Both the position numbers and the translations under genes were made by a program. The notes below the pieces were generated by a model. It did not search any database, was not told where the DNA came from, and was given only the letters and a program-made list of their open reading frames with translations. Of a stretch of 64,000 bases of DNA, positions 11,305 through 25,081 are shown piece after piece (positions within the stretch are counted from its first letter, which is position 1; each line of letters begins with the position of its first letter). Source of the stretch: Paraspadella gotoi (taxonomy: Eukaryota; Animalia; Chaetognatha); NCBI GenBank assembly GCA_051294375.1, contig CM119264.1, positions 19,165,590-19,229,589 on the forward strand, written 5' to 3'.

Positions 11305-11689
11305 CAGACCTGTGCAAAAAAAAGACGCAACCCTAATAAATCTTGTTAGATTCCTTTATTATTAAAAATATTATAGGTCAAGAAAAAGGAACCCTTGGAA
11401 TAAATTTGTTCAAATTTAGCAATCCATTTTAAAAATAAACTCTTTCCATGTCAATTTTTTAATGATTAAAATGCCCAAAATCAATGGCTGAACGGCATCC
11501 TCGGTTTTCCTTGAATCTCAAATGTTTTCACCCTTTTTTGGTTTTGACACCACTTGCGAACCATTTTTTTTTAACTTACGCATATAGCTATAGCACTATA
11601 GATACCAATTTTAAAAAATCATATTGACCACATCATAAAACAAGCGCATTTTGGATATAAAATGGTCCTCTTTTTTTTGCACAGGACTG
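11305..11689. mobile_element. Tc1/mariner-type MITE (family 3) with TA target-site duplication
   Basis: TA|CAGACCTGTGCAAAAAAAAGAC ... CTCTTTTTTTTGCACAGGACTG|TA. It is inserted in a ~150-bp tandem repeat whose neighbouring unit shows the empty site (CCATTTAAACTCATTTCCACTCG). Confidence 0.85.
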
Positions 11690-13602
11690 TAATTTCCACT
11701 CGTTACAGATTCCATCGAAACTTTATATGCGCTTATGCAGCTCAATCACACACTTTCCTCCCACAAAATTTCATTCTAATGAGGGGGGGACCGACGGACC
11801 GACAAAGTAGTATTTAGAGTCGGGATCTACTAATAAGCAGATCCAACTAAAAAATTACAAAGAACGACGGAGTATATACTACTTATAAATTTTCTCCGTT
11901 TTTGCTTTTTGACCGATGGACACTGAAATGACGAAGAGTTGTTGAGTCTTACTATTCTCGTTCCTGTTATATTAGTTGAAAGTTTCTGGCGCCGCGAGTT
12001 GGCGTCAGCTGACATCCTTGACAAATCACCACAATTTCTACTTTGGTTTCTAGTCAAGAATCAGGCATTTTAAACCAAAACGGTAAAATAAAGGAATACA
12101 AAACCATTAACCAAATTGTTATTTTTTTCAAGTACATATAACAAGAGAAACAAAACATTGATATTAACGAAATAGCTAAATTAGACCTAAATTATAAATT
12201 AAGGCAAATAAAGAAAGTGCGACTTTGTTTCTAGAATTTGTCGCCTCAATAATTTCGCAGAGTCCCGGCTTTCCAGATCCCGTTTCCCTTCTCCGCCTGG
12301 AAACCCTGTTTTCATTTCGCTCGAATGACTTCCAATCTTCACCTTGCCAACTACTTTTTCTTTTCTAGCCCACGATCTTTCTCTTGTGCCATTCTTTTTT
12401 TTTTTTTTTGGTCGGGCTCAACTTCAAATATCTTTTCGAACCAGTTTTATACTCTCCATTTTATCCCAGGACCAAGGCGTGCTGTTTTTTCATTTCTCCT
12501 TTGGTTTTTTTCTTTAAAAATTTCTCACAATAATTCAAACAATAATCGCCAAACATCATTTTGTCACTCTTCCATATTACTCACGTCTTTCTCTTGCTTG
12601 CTGCTTTTCTTCCATACTTTCGGTAAATTTTTATCTCCTTTTTTTTTATCAACTCTACGTGCATAAGCTCTCCTATTCTATTCTTTCCTTCCCCTTTTCT
12701 CTAACTTTTCCCCCTCAGCTGTCGCGTCATCTTCCGACGTCTCTCATCCTCCTCCTTCCTTTTCAAGCCGCCGACCACTTTCTTACTTACTGTCTCGTCT
12801 GACCTAACCTCGTCTTCCTCTTCATCCTTGCTTTTCCGCTTTCCTCCATCTCGTCCCCTCCTCCACCGCCTCCGCTCGGTTCGGTTGCTCTCCGAGTCAC
12901 TTTGCGTCCGCACGGCCGCAATAAATCAACGGCATCTCTGTCCAGGTTCCACTCTCGCAAAACGGTCCTGTCTGCTCCGACCTCCCTTCGTCCGTTCCAC
13001 CACCGGCCACCCAGCGGCGCACCTGCATCCAGGCAGAGGTCGCGACCTCATCCATGCGAAGGTCCCCGGTCTCACCCGGTCGCGAGGTCTTCAACTCTTC
13101 TCTTTTTTTTTTCGGTCGGACAATAGAGAGGCCGGGACAAGCGGGCTTCTCTCGCTAACTCGCGAGCGATATATACCGTCTTTCGAGTTTCCTGCATATT
13201 TATCGGCTCGTAGAATTAACTCTAACGAAGTAAGCAGAATTCGCCGAGGATGATTAGGCTTCTGGACTAACATTAAAGCACAGTGAAAAATTACAGCGAA
13301 AAACGACATCCATTTTGTAAATACATTTTCTAGTTTAATCTGAACCCACTAGTTCTTCAGCGAGCAGTCTCCGTTGCCACGGACGTGCGAGGTTTACCTG
13401 CCGGAAAAAGTTGCTTCAGCTTTGTTTCCTTTGGAATCGATTCCCTGCCACCGATTGGACCGAATCTCTCAGGACACCTCTTCGATAGAAAAGGACCCCC
13501 ACCCACCAACGGTCACAACCTCCCTTTTGAATATCTTCTCACTTTTTAAACCGGGTTTATTAGCATTTTCCCATTTCTAATAAGTTCTATATTTCTATTT
13601 CC

Positions 13603-14136
13603 ATCTAGGAAAAAAGTATATCACATTTTTATTGGAGGATATCTACTCAAAAACGTGTCATTTTTTAAAATCAGTAATTCTACATTAAATTTTTTTCAGT
13701 AGCTTCCTTCCATTTTTCGTTGGTCAAAATCGTTTAGAAGTTAGAGGCAAAAAAGATCGCTACCTCAGAGAAAAATGTTGAAAATCATATTTAGTTTTCC
13801 ACTTTTTTAGTATTAATTATTTGTTTTTAGTTCGAATTGAATTAATTATTTTTTTCAATTTGGAATGCTAAAGGCAGTGCACTTTCTTTTGTTCACAAAA
13901 AATATGCCATTATAGAGGGAAAGATGCATAAGAAGAAGATCGCGTTAAAGGTGTAGAAAACATTTAACTGTCATACCTTAATTCGCTGTATGAGAGCATG
14001 CCCAGATGAATGCAGGCAATAGTTAATGCTAAGGGAAGGCACACCAAATATTAAGAATGTTTTACCCATGTTTTGTATATTTTTATTGAAAAAATTACAT
14101 TTTCAAACAATTATGGGATATACTTTTTTCCTAGAT
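13603..14136. mobile_element. MITE-like element (family 4) with 23-bp TIRs
   Basis: ATCTAGGAAAAAAGTATATCACA (13603-13625) matches the reverse complement of 14114-14136 (ATCTAGGAAAAAAGTATATCCCA) at 22/23 positions. The interior is AT-rich. A mirror copy lies in the right palindrome arm (~15230-15770). Confidence 0.65.
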
Positions 14137-14608
14137 AGTAAGAAAATTAATCTTGATAATCTTACTAATACGCTAGAGAACACTGTTTTATTTGCAGGGA
14201 ATTAGCCGGTCACGTTACCTTTTTAACTTAAAATTTAGATAATAGTGCCGCCTTCGGAACAAGTTCACTTCCACTTTAATCGAAGCGATTCCATCGACCC
14301 CCACCTATCCAACCGACGATTTGAGCCAACGCCACCGTCGCCCCTCGAGGCCCGAATATCCAAATGAATTTTCCTTCTCCGCGGATGAAGATCTGCATCT
14401 CACAAAAAAAAAATGTTCTCTGTTAGAAAAAGAAGAGAGAGAATGGGAAGAATCGGGAATTATGAAATTTTGAAAGCCTCACGTATTTTGCGGCGGGAGC
14501 TTTTCCTCGCTTTTGTTATGGTTCCGTTTCTAGTTCAGAGTCCGTCCCTTTTTCAGGAGCCATGGTTTTTATTTTCTCGCGCGCCCCCATCTCAGTATCT
14601 TTTTAGCC

Positions 14609-14612
<4 letters not shown>

Positions 14613-14687
<75 letters not shown>

Positions 14688-14688
14688 G

Positions 14689-14722
<34 letters not shown>

Positions 14723-14728
14723 CTCTCT
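14613..14728 (+). repeat. (CT)n microsatellite at the centre of the inverted duplication
   Basis: Direct reading. Similar GA/CT tracts occur at about 20087, 21504, 22046, 23546, 25029, 29104, 31224, 39092, 39337, 41330, 46041, 54153, 59018 and 59354. Confidence 0.95.
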
Positions 14729-17691
14729 GTGCTTCCCATCCTCCTTCCTTGAAGGAAACTAGGAACATGCGGTTGAATCTTCTGGAGCCTCATTCTTGCG
14801 AAGCTCCTGAAAAAGGGACGGACTCTGAACTAGAAACGGAACCATAACAAAAGCGAGGAAAAGCCTCCGCCGCAAAATACGTGAGGCTTTCAAAATTTCA
14901 TAATTCCCGATTCTTCCCATTCTCTCGTCTTCTTTTCTAACAGAGAACATTTTTTTTTTGCTTGAGATGCAGATCTTCATCGGCGGAGAAGGAAAATTCA
15001 TTTGGATATTCGGCCTCGAGGGGCGACGGTGGCGTTGGCCTCAAATCGTCGGTTGGATAGGTGGGGGTCGATGGAATCGCTTCGATTAAAGTGGAAGTGA
15101 ACTTGTTCCGAAGGCGGCACTATTATCTAAATTTTAAGTTAAAAAGGTAACGTGACCGGCTAATTCCCCTGCAAATAAAACAGTGTTCTCTAAGCGTATT
15201 AGTAAGATTATCAAGATTAATTTTCTACTATCTAGGAAAAAAAGTTTAATATTGTTGAAAAGTTAATTTTTTCAATTAAAATATACAAAACATGGGTAAA
15301 ACATTCTTAATATTTGGTGTGCCTTCCCTTAGCATTAACTATTGCCTGCATTCATCTGGGCATGCTCTCATACAGCGAATTAAGGTATGACAGTTAAATG
15401 TTTTTCTACACCTTTAACGCGATTCTTTTCTTATGCATCTTTCCCTCTATAATGGCATATTTTTGTGAAAACAAGAAAAGTGCACTGCCTTTAGCATTCC
15501 AATTAATGAAAAAATAATTAATTCAATTCAACTAAAAACAAATAATTTAATACTAAAAATAGTGGAAAACTAAATATGATTTTTTTCAACATTTTTCTCT
15601 TGAGTTAGCGATCTTTTTTCTCTAACTTCTAAACGATTTTGACCAACGAAAAAATGGAAGGAAGCTACTGAAAAAAATTTAATGTAGAATTATTCTGATT
15701 TTTAAAAAATTGGACACGTTTTTGAGTAGATATCCTCCACTAAAAATGTGATATACTTTTTTCCTAGATGGAAATAGAAATATTAGAAATTATTAGAAAT
15801 GGGAAAATGCTAAAACCCGGTTTAAAAAGTGAGAAGATATATTAAAGGGAGGTTGTGACCGTTGGTGGGTGGGGGTCCTTTTCTATCGAAGAGGTGTCCT
15901 GAGAGATTCGGTCCAATCGGTGGCAGGGGAATCGATTCCAAAGGAAACAAAGCTGAAGCAACTTTTTTCCGGCAGGTAAACCTCGCACGTCCGTGGCAAC
16001 GGAGACTGCTCGCGAAGAACTAGTGGGTTCAGATTAAACTCAGAAAATGATTTACAAAATGGATGTGTTTTTTCGCTGTAATTTTTCACTGGCTTTAATT
16101 TAGTCCAGAAGCCTAATCATCCTCGGCGAATTCTGCTTACTCGTTAGAGTTAATTCTACGAGCCGATAAATATGCAGAAACTCGAAAGACGGTATATTAT
16201 CGCTCGCGAGTTAGCGAGAGAAGCCCGCTTGTCCCCGGCCTCTCTTGTCCGACCGAAAAAAAAGAGAAGAGTTGAAGACCTCGCGACCGGGTGAGACCGG
16301 GGGACCTTCGCATGGATGAGGTCGCGACCTCTGCCTGGATGCGAGGTGCGCCGCTGGGTGGCCGGTGGTGGAACGGACGAGGGGAGGTCGGAGCGGACAG
16401 AACCGTTTTGCGAGAGTGGAACCTGGACAGAGATGCCGTTGATTTATTGCGGCCGTGGGACGCAAAGTGACTCGGAGAGCAACCGAACCGAGCGGAGGCG
16501 GTGAGGAGGAGGGGACGAGATGGAGGAAAGCGGAAAAGCAAGGATGAAGAGGAAGACGAGGTTAGGTCGAGGACAGTAAGTAAGAAAGTGGTCGGCGGCT
16601 TGAAAAGGGGAAGGAGGAGGATGAGAGACGTCGGAAGATGACGCGACAGCTGAGGGGGAAAAGTTAAGAGAAAAGGGAAGGAAAGAATAGAATAGGAGAG
16701 GCTTATGCACTGTAGAGCTTGATAAAAAAAAAGGAGATAAAAATTTACCCGAGAAGTATGGAAGAAAAGCAGCAAGCAAGAGAAAGAACGTGAGTAATAT
16801 GGAAGACGTGACAAAATGATGTTTTGGGATTATTGTTTGAATTATTGTGAGAAATTTTTAAAAGAAAAAACCAAAGGAGAAATGAAAAAACACACGCCTT
16901 GGTCCTGGGATAAAATGAGAGTATAAAACTGGTTCGAAAAGGTATATTTGAAGTTGAGCCCGACAAAAAAAAAAAAAAAAAGAATGGCACAAGAGAAAGA
17001 TCGTGGGCTAGAAAAGAAAAAGTAGTTGGCAAGGTGAAGATTGGAAGTCATTCGAGCGAAAATGAAACAGGGTTTCGCAGGCGGAGAAGGGAAACGGGAT
17101 CTGGAAAGCGGGACTCTGCGAAAATTATTTGAGGCGACAAATTCTAGAACAAAGTCGCACTTTCTTTATTTGCCTTAATTTATAATTTAGGTCTAATTTA
17201 GCTATTTCGTTAATATAAATGTTTTGTTTCCTCTTGTTATATGTATCTTTGAAAAAAAATAAACAAGTTTGGTTAATGGTTTTGTATTCCTTTATTTTAC
17301 CGTTTTGGTTTAAAATGCCTGATTCTTGACTAGAAACCAAAGTAGAAATTGTGGTGATTTGTCAAGGATGTCAGCTGACGCCAACTCGGCCGCAGAAACT
17401 TTCAACTAATATAACAGGAACGAGAATAGTAAGACTCAACAACTCTTCGTCATTTCAGTGTCCATCGGTCAAAAAGCAAAAACGGAGAAAATTTATAAGT
17501 AGTATATACTCCGTCGTTCTTTGTAATTTTTTAGTTGGATCTGCTTATTAGTAGATCCCGACTCTAAAATCTACTTTGTCGGTCCGTCGGTCCGCCCCCT
17601 CATTAGAATGAAATTTTGTGGCGAGGAAAGTGTGTGATTGAGCTGCATAAGCGCATATAAAGTTTCGATGGAATCGTAAGAGTGGAAATTA

Positions 17692-18071
17692 CAGTCCTGT
17701 GCAAAAAAAAGAGGACACTTTTATATCCTAAATAGCGCTTGTTTTATGCATGTGGTCATGTAATTTTAAAATTGGTATCTATATCTAAGCTATATGCGTA
17801 AGTTTAAAAAAAAAGTGGTCAAGTGGTCAAACCCAAAAAATGGGAAAAACATTTTTGAAGATTCAAGGAAAACCGAGGATGCCGTTCAGCTTGATTTTTG
17901 GGCATTTTAATCATGTAAAAAATTGACATGGAAGAGTTTATTTTTAAAAATGGATTGCTAAATTTGAACCAAATTATTCCAAGGGTTCCTTTTTCCTTGA
18001 CCTATAATATTTTTAATAATAAAGGAATCTAACAAGATTTATTAGGGTGTCGTTTTTTTTGCACAGGTCTG
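17692..18071. mobile_element. Mirror copy of the family 3 Tc1/mariner-type MITE in the right palindrome arm
   Basis: TA|CAGTCCTGTGCAAAAAAAAGAGG ... TTTTTTTTGCACAGGTCTG|TA. Confidence 0.8.
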
Positions 18072-18566
18072 TAGTTTAAATGGAAAAAACATAAGTCATA
18101 TTTACTAAAATCTTTTTACTAATTTTAAAACCCACTCGATAGGTTGAGATGAAATTTTGTGTGTGCTAGGAAAGTGTGACGAAGCTGGATTAAAGTTTCG
18201 ATTAAATCGTGCGAGTGGAAATGAGTTTAAATGGATCAAACATAAGTCACATTTATTGAAGGTTTTTACTAATTATAACCCATAATTACTCGAATTAATC
18301 ATAATTGGATGAATAGATTGAGATGAAATTTTTTGTGTGGGTAGGAAAGTGTGTGATTGAGCAGATATAAAGTTTCGATAGAATCAAGGAGTGGAAATAT
18401 GTTCATAGAAAAACCCAAGTCAAGTTGACTTGAATTTTTATTATATGCTTACTTAAATGATGCAAGTTGAAAAATGATTCGAGTTGAAAAATGATTTGAG
18501 TTAAAAAACATGATGCAATTAAAAATAAAAATGATGCGAATTAAAAAAACGATGCAAGTTACAAAT

Positions 18567-18581
18567 ATAATAATAATAATA

Positions 18582-18613
<32 letters not shown>

Positions 18614-18654
18614 TAATAATAATAATAATATAATAATAATAATAATAATAATAA
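18567..18654 (+). repeat. (AAT)n microsatellite
   Basis: Direct reading. It is preceded by short degenerate AAATGATGCAAGTT-type tandem units (~18455-18560). Confidence 0.95.
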
Positions 18655-20084
18655 AGTAACTTATTTGTTTGTACCATAGTAACGTTCATTTAATCCCTTG
18701 CAAGTGATTTACATGTATTGGCGCAGCCACTGGTTTGGTATGGTACGATCTGTTATGATCAGTTAGGTTACAAATTGAAAGAATTATCGTGATAACCGCT
18801 TATTTATCGTAGGCAGATCCGACATTGTTTGCTCAAACTTGTTTTTTCTCAAAGAGAAAACAAAGCAAACAAATAATTGCGGGAATGGTAATAATGTATG
18901 TATGTACGTATACATTCTGAAAAACGTTTTTCTCAGTGTAGAGCACGATTATTATAAATAAACTTTTTTTATTTCCTTTAGTGTGTTAGGGTTTATGCAG
19001 TCCTTTACTCGTGCCATAAGTTCCATTAGTGGTGTTAGTTAAACTGAAATTGTGACGCCATTTATTACCTTCTTTTTCTTTCCTCTGAGAGAGGTGCGCC
19101 CCCTTTAGGCCGCGCGCCAGACAAAAGAGCATTTGCTTCTGGTCGACCAACAGTAACACCATGAAGAGCATCATAAAAATTCGCAGAGGTCGACACAAAG
19201 AGACGTTGGTATCCTGACTCTGGATCTCTACCTTTTTTTTGGGGGGGGGAGCGGGGAGCGAAGACTGAAGGGTGCGGGCGAAATGCAATGAGGGGGGAAA
19301 AAGAGAGAAAAAGATAAAATAGATAATTAACAATATTGATTAAATGTTTGAATAAAAACTGGGAAGAAATGAGTCTACTTAAAAGAGAAAGTTACCAGAA
19401 AAAAAAGGAAGAAAAACTTGCTCGACCGTATCCCCTCCTCTTCGTTACCAGTGCCAATTAAACTCTTATTTTATACTTTTTTTATGGATGAAAAGAAAGA
19501 CGGGATGAGAGATGCCACAGTTCTATTCTCGAGAGAGACTAAAAATAAGGATTTGGCTCCTTTATGAACCTAATGGATGAAATCATCAGAGCGGAACTTC
19601 ATTCTTCTTTTCGTTTCTTTCTCTCCTTTCACATCTCCTTCATTCGCCCCCCCATCGTTTCTTCTTTCTAAACTTTTACCTTCGCAATAGCTCAAAGAGG
19701 TGAAAGTATAGGTTTATCATTTAAACCGTCGCTAAAATTCTTTGAATCAGGATCTCAATCTATAATTATCTTGAAATATTAAAATATTGACTGAGTTTTA
19801 AAACAAGAATCCATTAAGGTTATTTTTACAACAATTTCCAAAACTGAAACAGTCTTGCAAATGTATGAAAAAGTTGCAAAAAAAAGATTCGCATTTGAGG
19901 AAAAAAAAAAGGGAATCGATCGACTCTCATCGCGAATTTCGTTCTCGAAGAAAAAACCCCAAGAAGTCATTAGATGTCTTTCTTCGCACAGCCGACCATG
20001 AATAGAGATAGAGAGAGAGAAAAAAAAATTTCTAAAGAATTTAAAAAGAAACAACAAAGAATATAAAAAATTAAAAGAAAATTC

Positions 20085-20127
<43 letters not shown>

Positions 20128-20559
20128 CACATTAAAAACAAAGAATGAAAAGGCGAGGAGAAAGAACCTCCTCGGCCGCTAATCGTTTTTCTCTTTTTCA
20201 CGCGACTTTTCGTCTTTTCGTGAAAATTTCCAATTCCAGGTTTTTTTCTATTCCTCTTCTTTTTTTCTCACACGTTTCCTCCTTTTGTTTCTCGATCTCT
20301 ATCTTCTTCTTTTTCTCCTCCCTTCTTTTCCTCTCTCTCTTCTTCATCCTTTCCCGGGACGAAGAATCATTATTTACTCTTCCATCTCCTGATTCTCCTG
20401 ACCCCTCGTGAGAAGAAGAAGAACATGAAAAAGAAGAAGGAAAAAAGAAATGAATTTTAATGGAAAATAAAAAAAATTGTTTTTATTTTTTGATTTCTTT
20501 TCAAAAAATTTGCATACAATTGAGATTCCTGAGACGTCATCGTCAATCATCATCATCCA

Positions 20560-21280
20560 TCGGAGTTGATTGGGAATGAAGTCGACCGAAGATTTGAGAC
20601 GCGTCGGCGACGGAGAGCGACGAGACTTTTTTTTTTTTGTGCGCGCGCCATCTCGCGGGCGTTGAATCTCATGTAAGCGATATCTCGGACGCTGACTCTC
20701 GTGCGAGCGATCAAGCGCGCGTGCGCGAGACCACGCTTGATTGATGACCTTTCGACCCACGCGCATGATTTGCTTTTCGGGTCTGTGATCGAATTTTGCG
20801 TTTCATAGAAAATGGCTGACTCGTATTGAAAAATATGGCGACAGAGTGACACGAGGATGCTTGGTCGATCAGACTTAGTAAAGCTATTGCCCTTCTATTC
20901 GAAAAGGCTTTTTGAAGACTGGTCAAATGACCAGTTTTGTTTATGAAAAAAAATCTTTTCTCATACCAGTGATTTGCCACTGTTTTAGACATTAAAACAT
21001 AAACTCTGGTGATGCCTTCATAATTTGCTTGACTCAATATCTTTCTTTCCTTCCATCCCTCCCTCCCTCCCTCCTGCAACAACGATACGCTTCCCCCGAT
21101 CCGACCCGCGATTTCGCCCCAACGCGTCATCGCTCGCGCGCGCGTCTCTCACTCGCCACGCCCCCACTCTCCGCGCGCGTTCTTTGCCGCGAGCGCGCCT
21201 TCCTCACGGCGTCGGCGTCACTTCCGGTGGAGGAAAAAGACTATAATAGTTTGGCCGACGAAACAGCACAATCTATAAAA
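20560..21280. promoter_or_regulatory. CpG-rich promoter-like island with an ETS/CRE-like composite and YY1-like motifs
   Basis: Dense CGCG runs at 20600-20765 and 21100-21220. GGCGTCACTTCCGG (21214-21227) is CCGGAAGTGACGCC on the - strand. AAAATGGC is near 20808 and TATAAAA near 21274. No linked gene was identified. Confidence 0.4.
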
Positions 21281-21502
21281 AAATGGAATTTTACAATAAT
21301 AAAAATGTATTAAAAACGCAAATAACGACTAATCCCGGAATTAAACGATTTTTAATGGATATTTTCGTTTAACTAATGTATCCTTATTTTATTGCCTGAT
21401 ATTAGGTGAAAAGAATTTCTAAATTACCTCAACAAACATGATTTCCAAAATGGTTTTGGCACGTAAGTGTTTCGTTTCGCACCAAGGTATTTATTTCTCT
21501 TG

Positions 21503-21537
<35 letters not shown>

Positions 21538-21540
21538 CTC

Positions 21541-21598
<58 letters not shown>

Positions 21599-22045
21599 TC
21601 GAAAAAATAGCGATATTTATATGTCTTTCGGTATAACGGAACGATCATGGAATCCCTGCATAAATTGAAGATTATTTGAATCCTAATCCTACAGCTAAAA
21701 TCTCTCTTTATGATCGGTAAAAATAATAATACCGCGACCCTGACGGCTCATTTAATGTCTCTCTCCGCGACGGTTTATTTCTAAGATGAGATCGATTTAA
21801 GCTATTTTAAACTGATTCGAATAAAGCTCGTTAATAACCAGACATAATGGATCGGGTCTCCCGTCATTAAAACGCGATGGAACAACGGTCGACCCCTAGA
21901 TTTCGTTTCTGCGCTTCAAGGTCGCGTTCAATCTCGTTATCGGGGTTAAAAGTCGGGTCCCATCTGGGCCCGCCGCTTTTTCACATGGGACTTGTGATCG
22001 TTCCAATGTCGGAAACGGAATCTCTTAAACTCTCTCTTCTATGTA

Positions 22046-22146
<101 letters not shown>

Positions 22147-23541
22147 CTTCTTTTTTCCTTTCTTTTTATGACTTTCCCCCCTATCTGTTTTTCTTTGTAT
22201 GTGAAAAGCTCTGTATAAAGTGAATTTAATCTGTTTTCTAAACCGAAAGGACGATTCCGATTTTTCAATGAAGGCAACGTCCTTGGATTTTTCTTTCAGT
22301 CTTGCCACACCAAATTTTGTTCATCGGGCACACAATCGTGATCTTTTCAAAAAATTTGACTTTGAATCGTTCACATATAGCACTCACAAATAAAAATTTT
22401 TCCTTTCAAATTGCTCGTCTGACAATCTGTCAATTGGAAGTAGGCGTCGTATAATCACTTCTTTATATTAAACCTTTTCAAAATGAATTTTCCGAGTGAA
22501 AGATGAAAGAATGAATTTCTCGACAACGTTATAAAAATTAATTAAAAGAATGAAGGAATTAAAGGAAAACTCGCTTGGCTGGCACGGATTAAAAATTTCA
22601 ACGCATCAAAGAGATTCGCTCTGTGGAGAATCCGTCAGAGAGCGGCGGAGCGTGTCTTCGCGAAATCAGCGTGAAATTAAAGACTAAACGGCGGAACAAA
22701 ATGTAACTCGACTCTTCATGATTAATATCGCTATATTTGCGTATGTACATATTTTATGTATGTATGTATATATTAGACCTACCAAGTACCTAATACCTTA
22801 CCTAAACCCTTTTGCAAAATTGAAAAAAGTTTTTAACGAGAACTTGTGAAAAGTGTGAAAAGTCTTTGTCTTTCTGTCATTTAGTCTATAGTTTTGTCAT
22901 TCCCTTGCATTCTTTGGTTCCCATCCTTCTATCTGGGTCGAGGTACAATTTAATTAAAGCTGAAAATCATATTAGGTAAGAGAGGTAGAGGCAAATGGAA
23001 GGGACCAGGTTGAGCCCGAAATAAGGCGAGAATTTTGAATTAGCTATTCATAGCAGATAGGACCCAAGGGAAAGGTAACGAGAAAGAATTGGTTTGAAAA
23101 AGAAAGGTCGTTTACTTTAATAAAAAATATGCTATATTAATGGAACTAAAACATCTATCTTTCAAAATGTTATTAAAGTAATTTTATTTGCTAAAACATC
23201 TATCTCATAAATCTTATTAATTAGGTAATTTCATTAGCTATTGTTATGTTTTGGTAATTCGTTAATTTACGAATGATTAACACTCAAACGCGCGTCCACA
23301 CGCACACACTCGAACAAACAATAAAAAAGACTTTAGAAACTCGAACGTGAGGCAGAGGGGAAATTTGGACCTAAGCTGCAAGCAGGGCGCCATCCATCGC
23401 CTCTCGCTCTCGCCATACTTCATCTTTCGCGGAGCCAACTTTAGGCAATTAACTTTCCGATGTTGTCGTCCTCGGACTCATTCCGCCAACAACTTCCCCC
23501 CTTCTCTTTTTTCGTGACGTTATAATTAGTTCGCAAGTACG

Positions 23542-23607
<66 letters not shown>

Positions 23608-25025
23608 CTTAACTTTAAAAGCAATCCACGAAATAATACGTGCGAAACAAAACCGAAAGGTCTCTTCCAACACCTCCTTTTTTAACTCTACAGTTCAAAA
23701 ACACCGTCCAGTAAATTGAACAATTGTCATTAATCACAATAAACGATGACTGAGCTTACTTTCAATTCACGTTTTTTCTCTCGCTTCCTAATCCGAGGGC
23801 CAATTTTCCTTTCTTCCCAATTTTTTGACTTTCGTTTTCTTCTTTCACTTTTCGCCGTCTTCGCTCATGTGGTTTTCTCCGCTAAATTTATATCAATTCT
23901 CTTATATACGGTTTTTGTTTCAACTACAAAAGCTTTTGAATCTCATCAAGATAACGATTCGACAAAGCAGAAATACATTTCAGGCTCTCGCCAATTTTAT
24001 CTTTATTTACGCGTGCGTCCACAACTCCCCCATCGTTAGGCTCCATCTCATTATAGTGAAATCTAATATCCACATCTAATATCCTTTGCAATTTGTTGTG
24101 GAAAAAAAAATATAAACAAAGAACGGCATTTAGCCTCGGCAATTAATTAACTTCATAATATGGACCTACCTAATATTCGTCTTTCAGTATTACCAACACT
24201 AAAGGACGAAAATGACGATTGAAATTCAAGCGGATTTGAGGGTCGTCTGAAGAATACCTATTATCAAAAACCATCGAGATATAATTGTTTATTATGCTAT
24301 ATTCCCCTATAATCATTCTTTTCTCTTATTATTCCGTATTGTCATCTCCCGTCAACATTCTCTTTCCTCTTATCGATTCTCGATCTAATTCCTTATTCAC
24401 TCGAAAAGCCGACGGCTGCGGATTAAGCGACAGCCGTGCCAGACGGTGTAGCTGGCCTTTGTTGTCGTTGTAGTCTTTCTTGTTTCCGTTGATCTAAGAT
24501 TTGTCAGAGAAAAAGAAAAAAAGAAAAAAAAAGAGAATATTTAAACACTAAAATTGCTTAAATGCCGTATTTCTTTTCATTTTAAGGTTCATTACCCTCG
24601 CTTCGTCTTCAGTCGAGGACCAAGCCGAATTCCCCGGGTCAACTCGACCGGAGCGAAAAAAGAGTCTCCGACCGCTAACCGGAAAATCGGAGCCGGGAAA
24701 TAGTCGGGCGAATCGGCACTTAATTTGGGCTTAAATCACGTGGCGTAGAATAAAGAGTACGTAAGGTCTGAATCGCTTGTCCCACGCCGAGAATTCCGAT
24801 TCTCGTCCCACGAGGAATCTTTTATGGTTTTCCTAGTCTCCCTTTTCCAATTCACGCGGAGAAAGAAAATCCAAAACCTGGCAACGACAATCGAAACAAC
24901 GACGACGACGACGACAACGACGAAAGCTTCCCTCAATCGGTTTCATCTTTATTCCATTTTTCCCTCTCCCAGAACCGCGTCCGCGCCCATAATCTGACGA
25001 CACTGTCTTTCCCGGATTTTCTCTC

Positions 25026-25081
<56 letters not shown>

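Larger units (their letters stand above)
11083..18295. repeat. Large inverted duplication: arms 11083-14560 and 14803-18295, with a 242-bp spacer containing (CT)n
   Basis: Reverse-complement identity followed at many points along both arms, e.g. ATTCGAGTAATTATGGG / CCCATAATTACTCGAAT at the outer ends and TTTTTCAGGAGC / GCTCCTGAAAAA at the inner ends. It begins next to a 25-N gap. Confidence 0.95.

Noticed and set aside
12828-13253. 141-aa ORF and its 205-aa mirror ORF at 16197-16814
   Set aside because: The frames are not preserved between the two palindrome arms and have no domain features. GC-rich non-coding or UTR sequence is more likely.
14413-14847. Poly-(SL) and poly-(ER) ORFs here and at many other GA/CT tracts, plus poly-Y, poly-T and poly-V ORFs
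   Set aside because: Stop-free frames produced by microsatellites.
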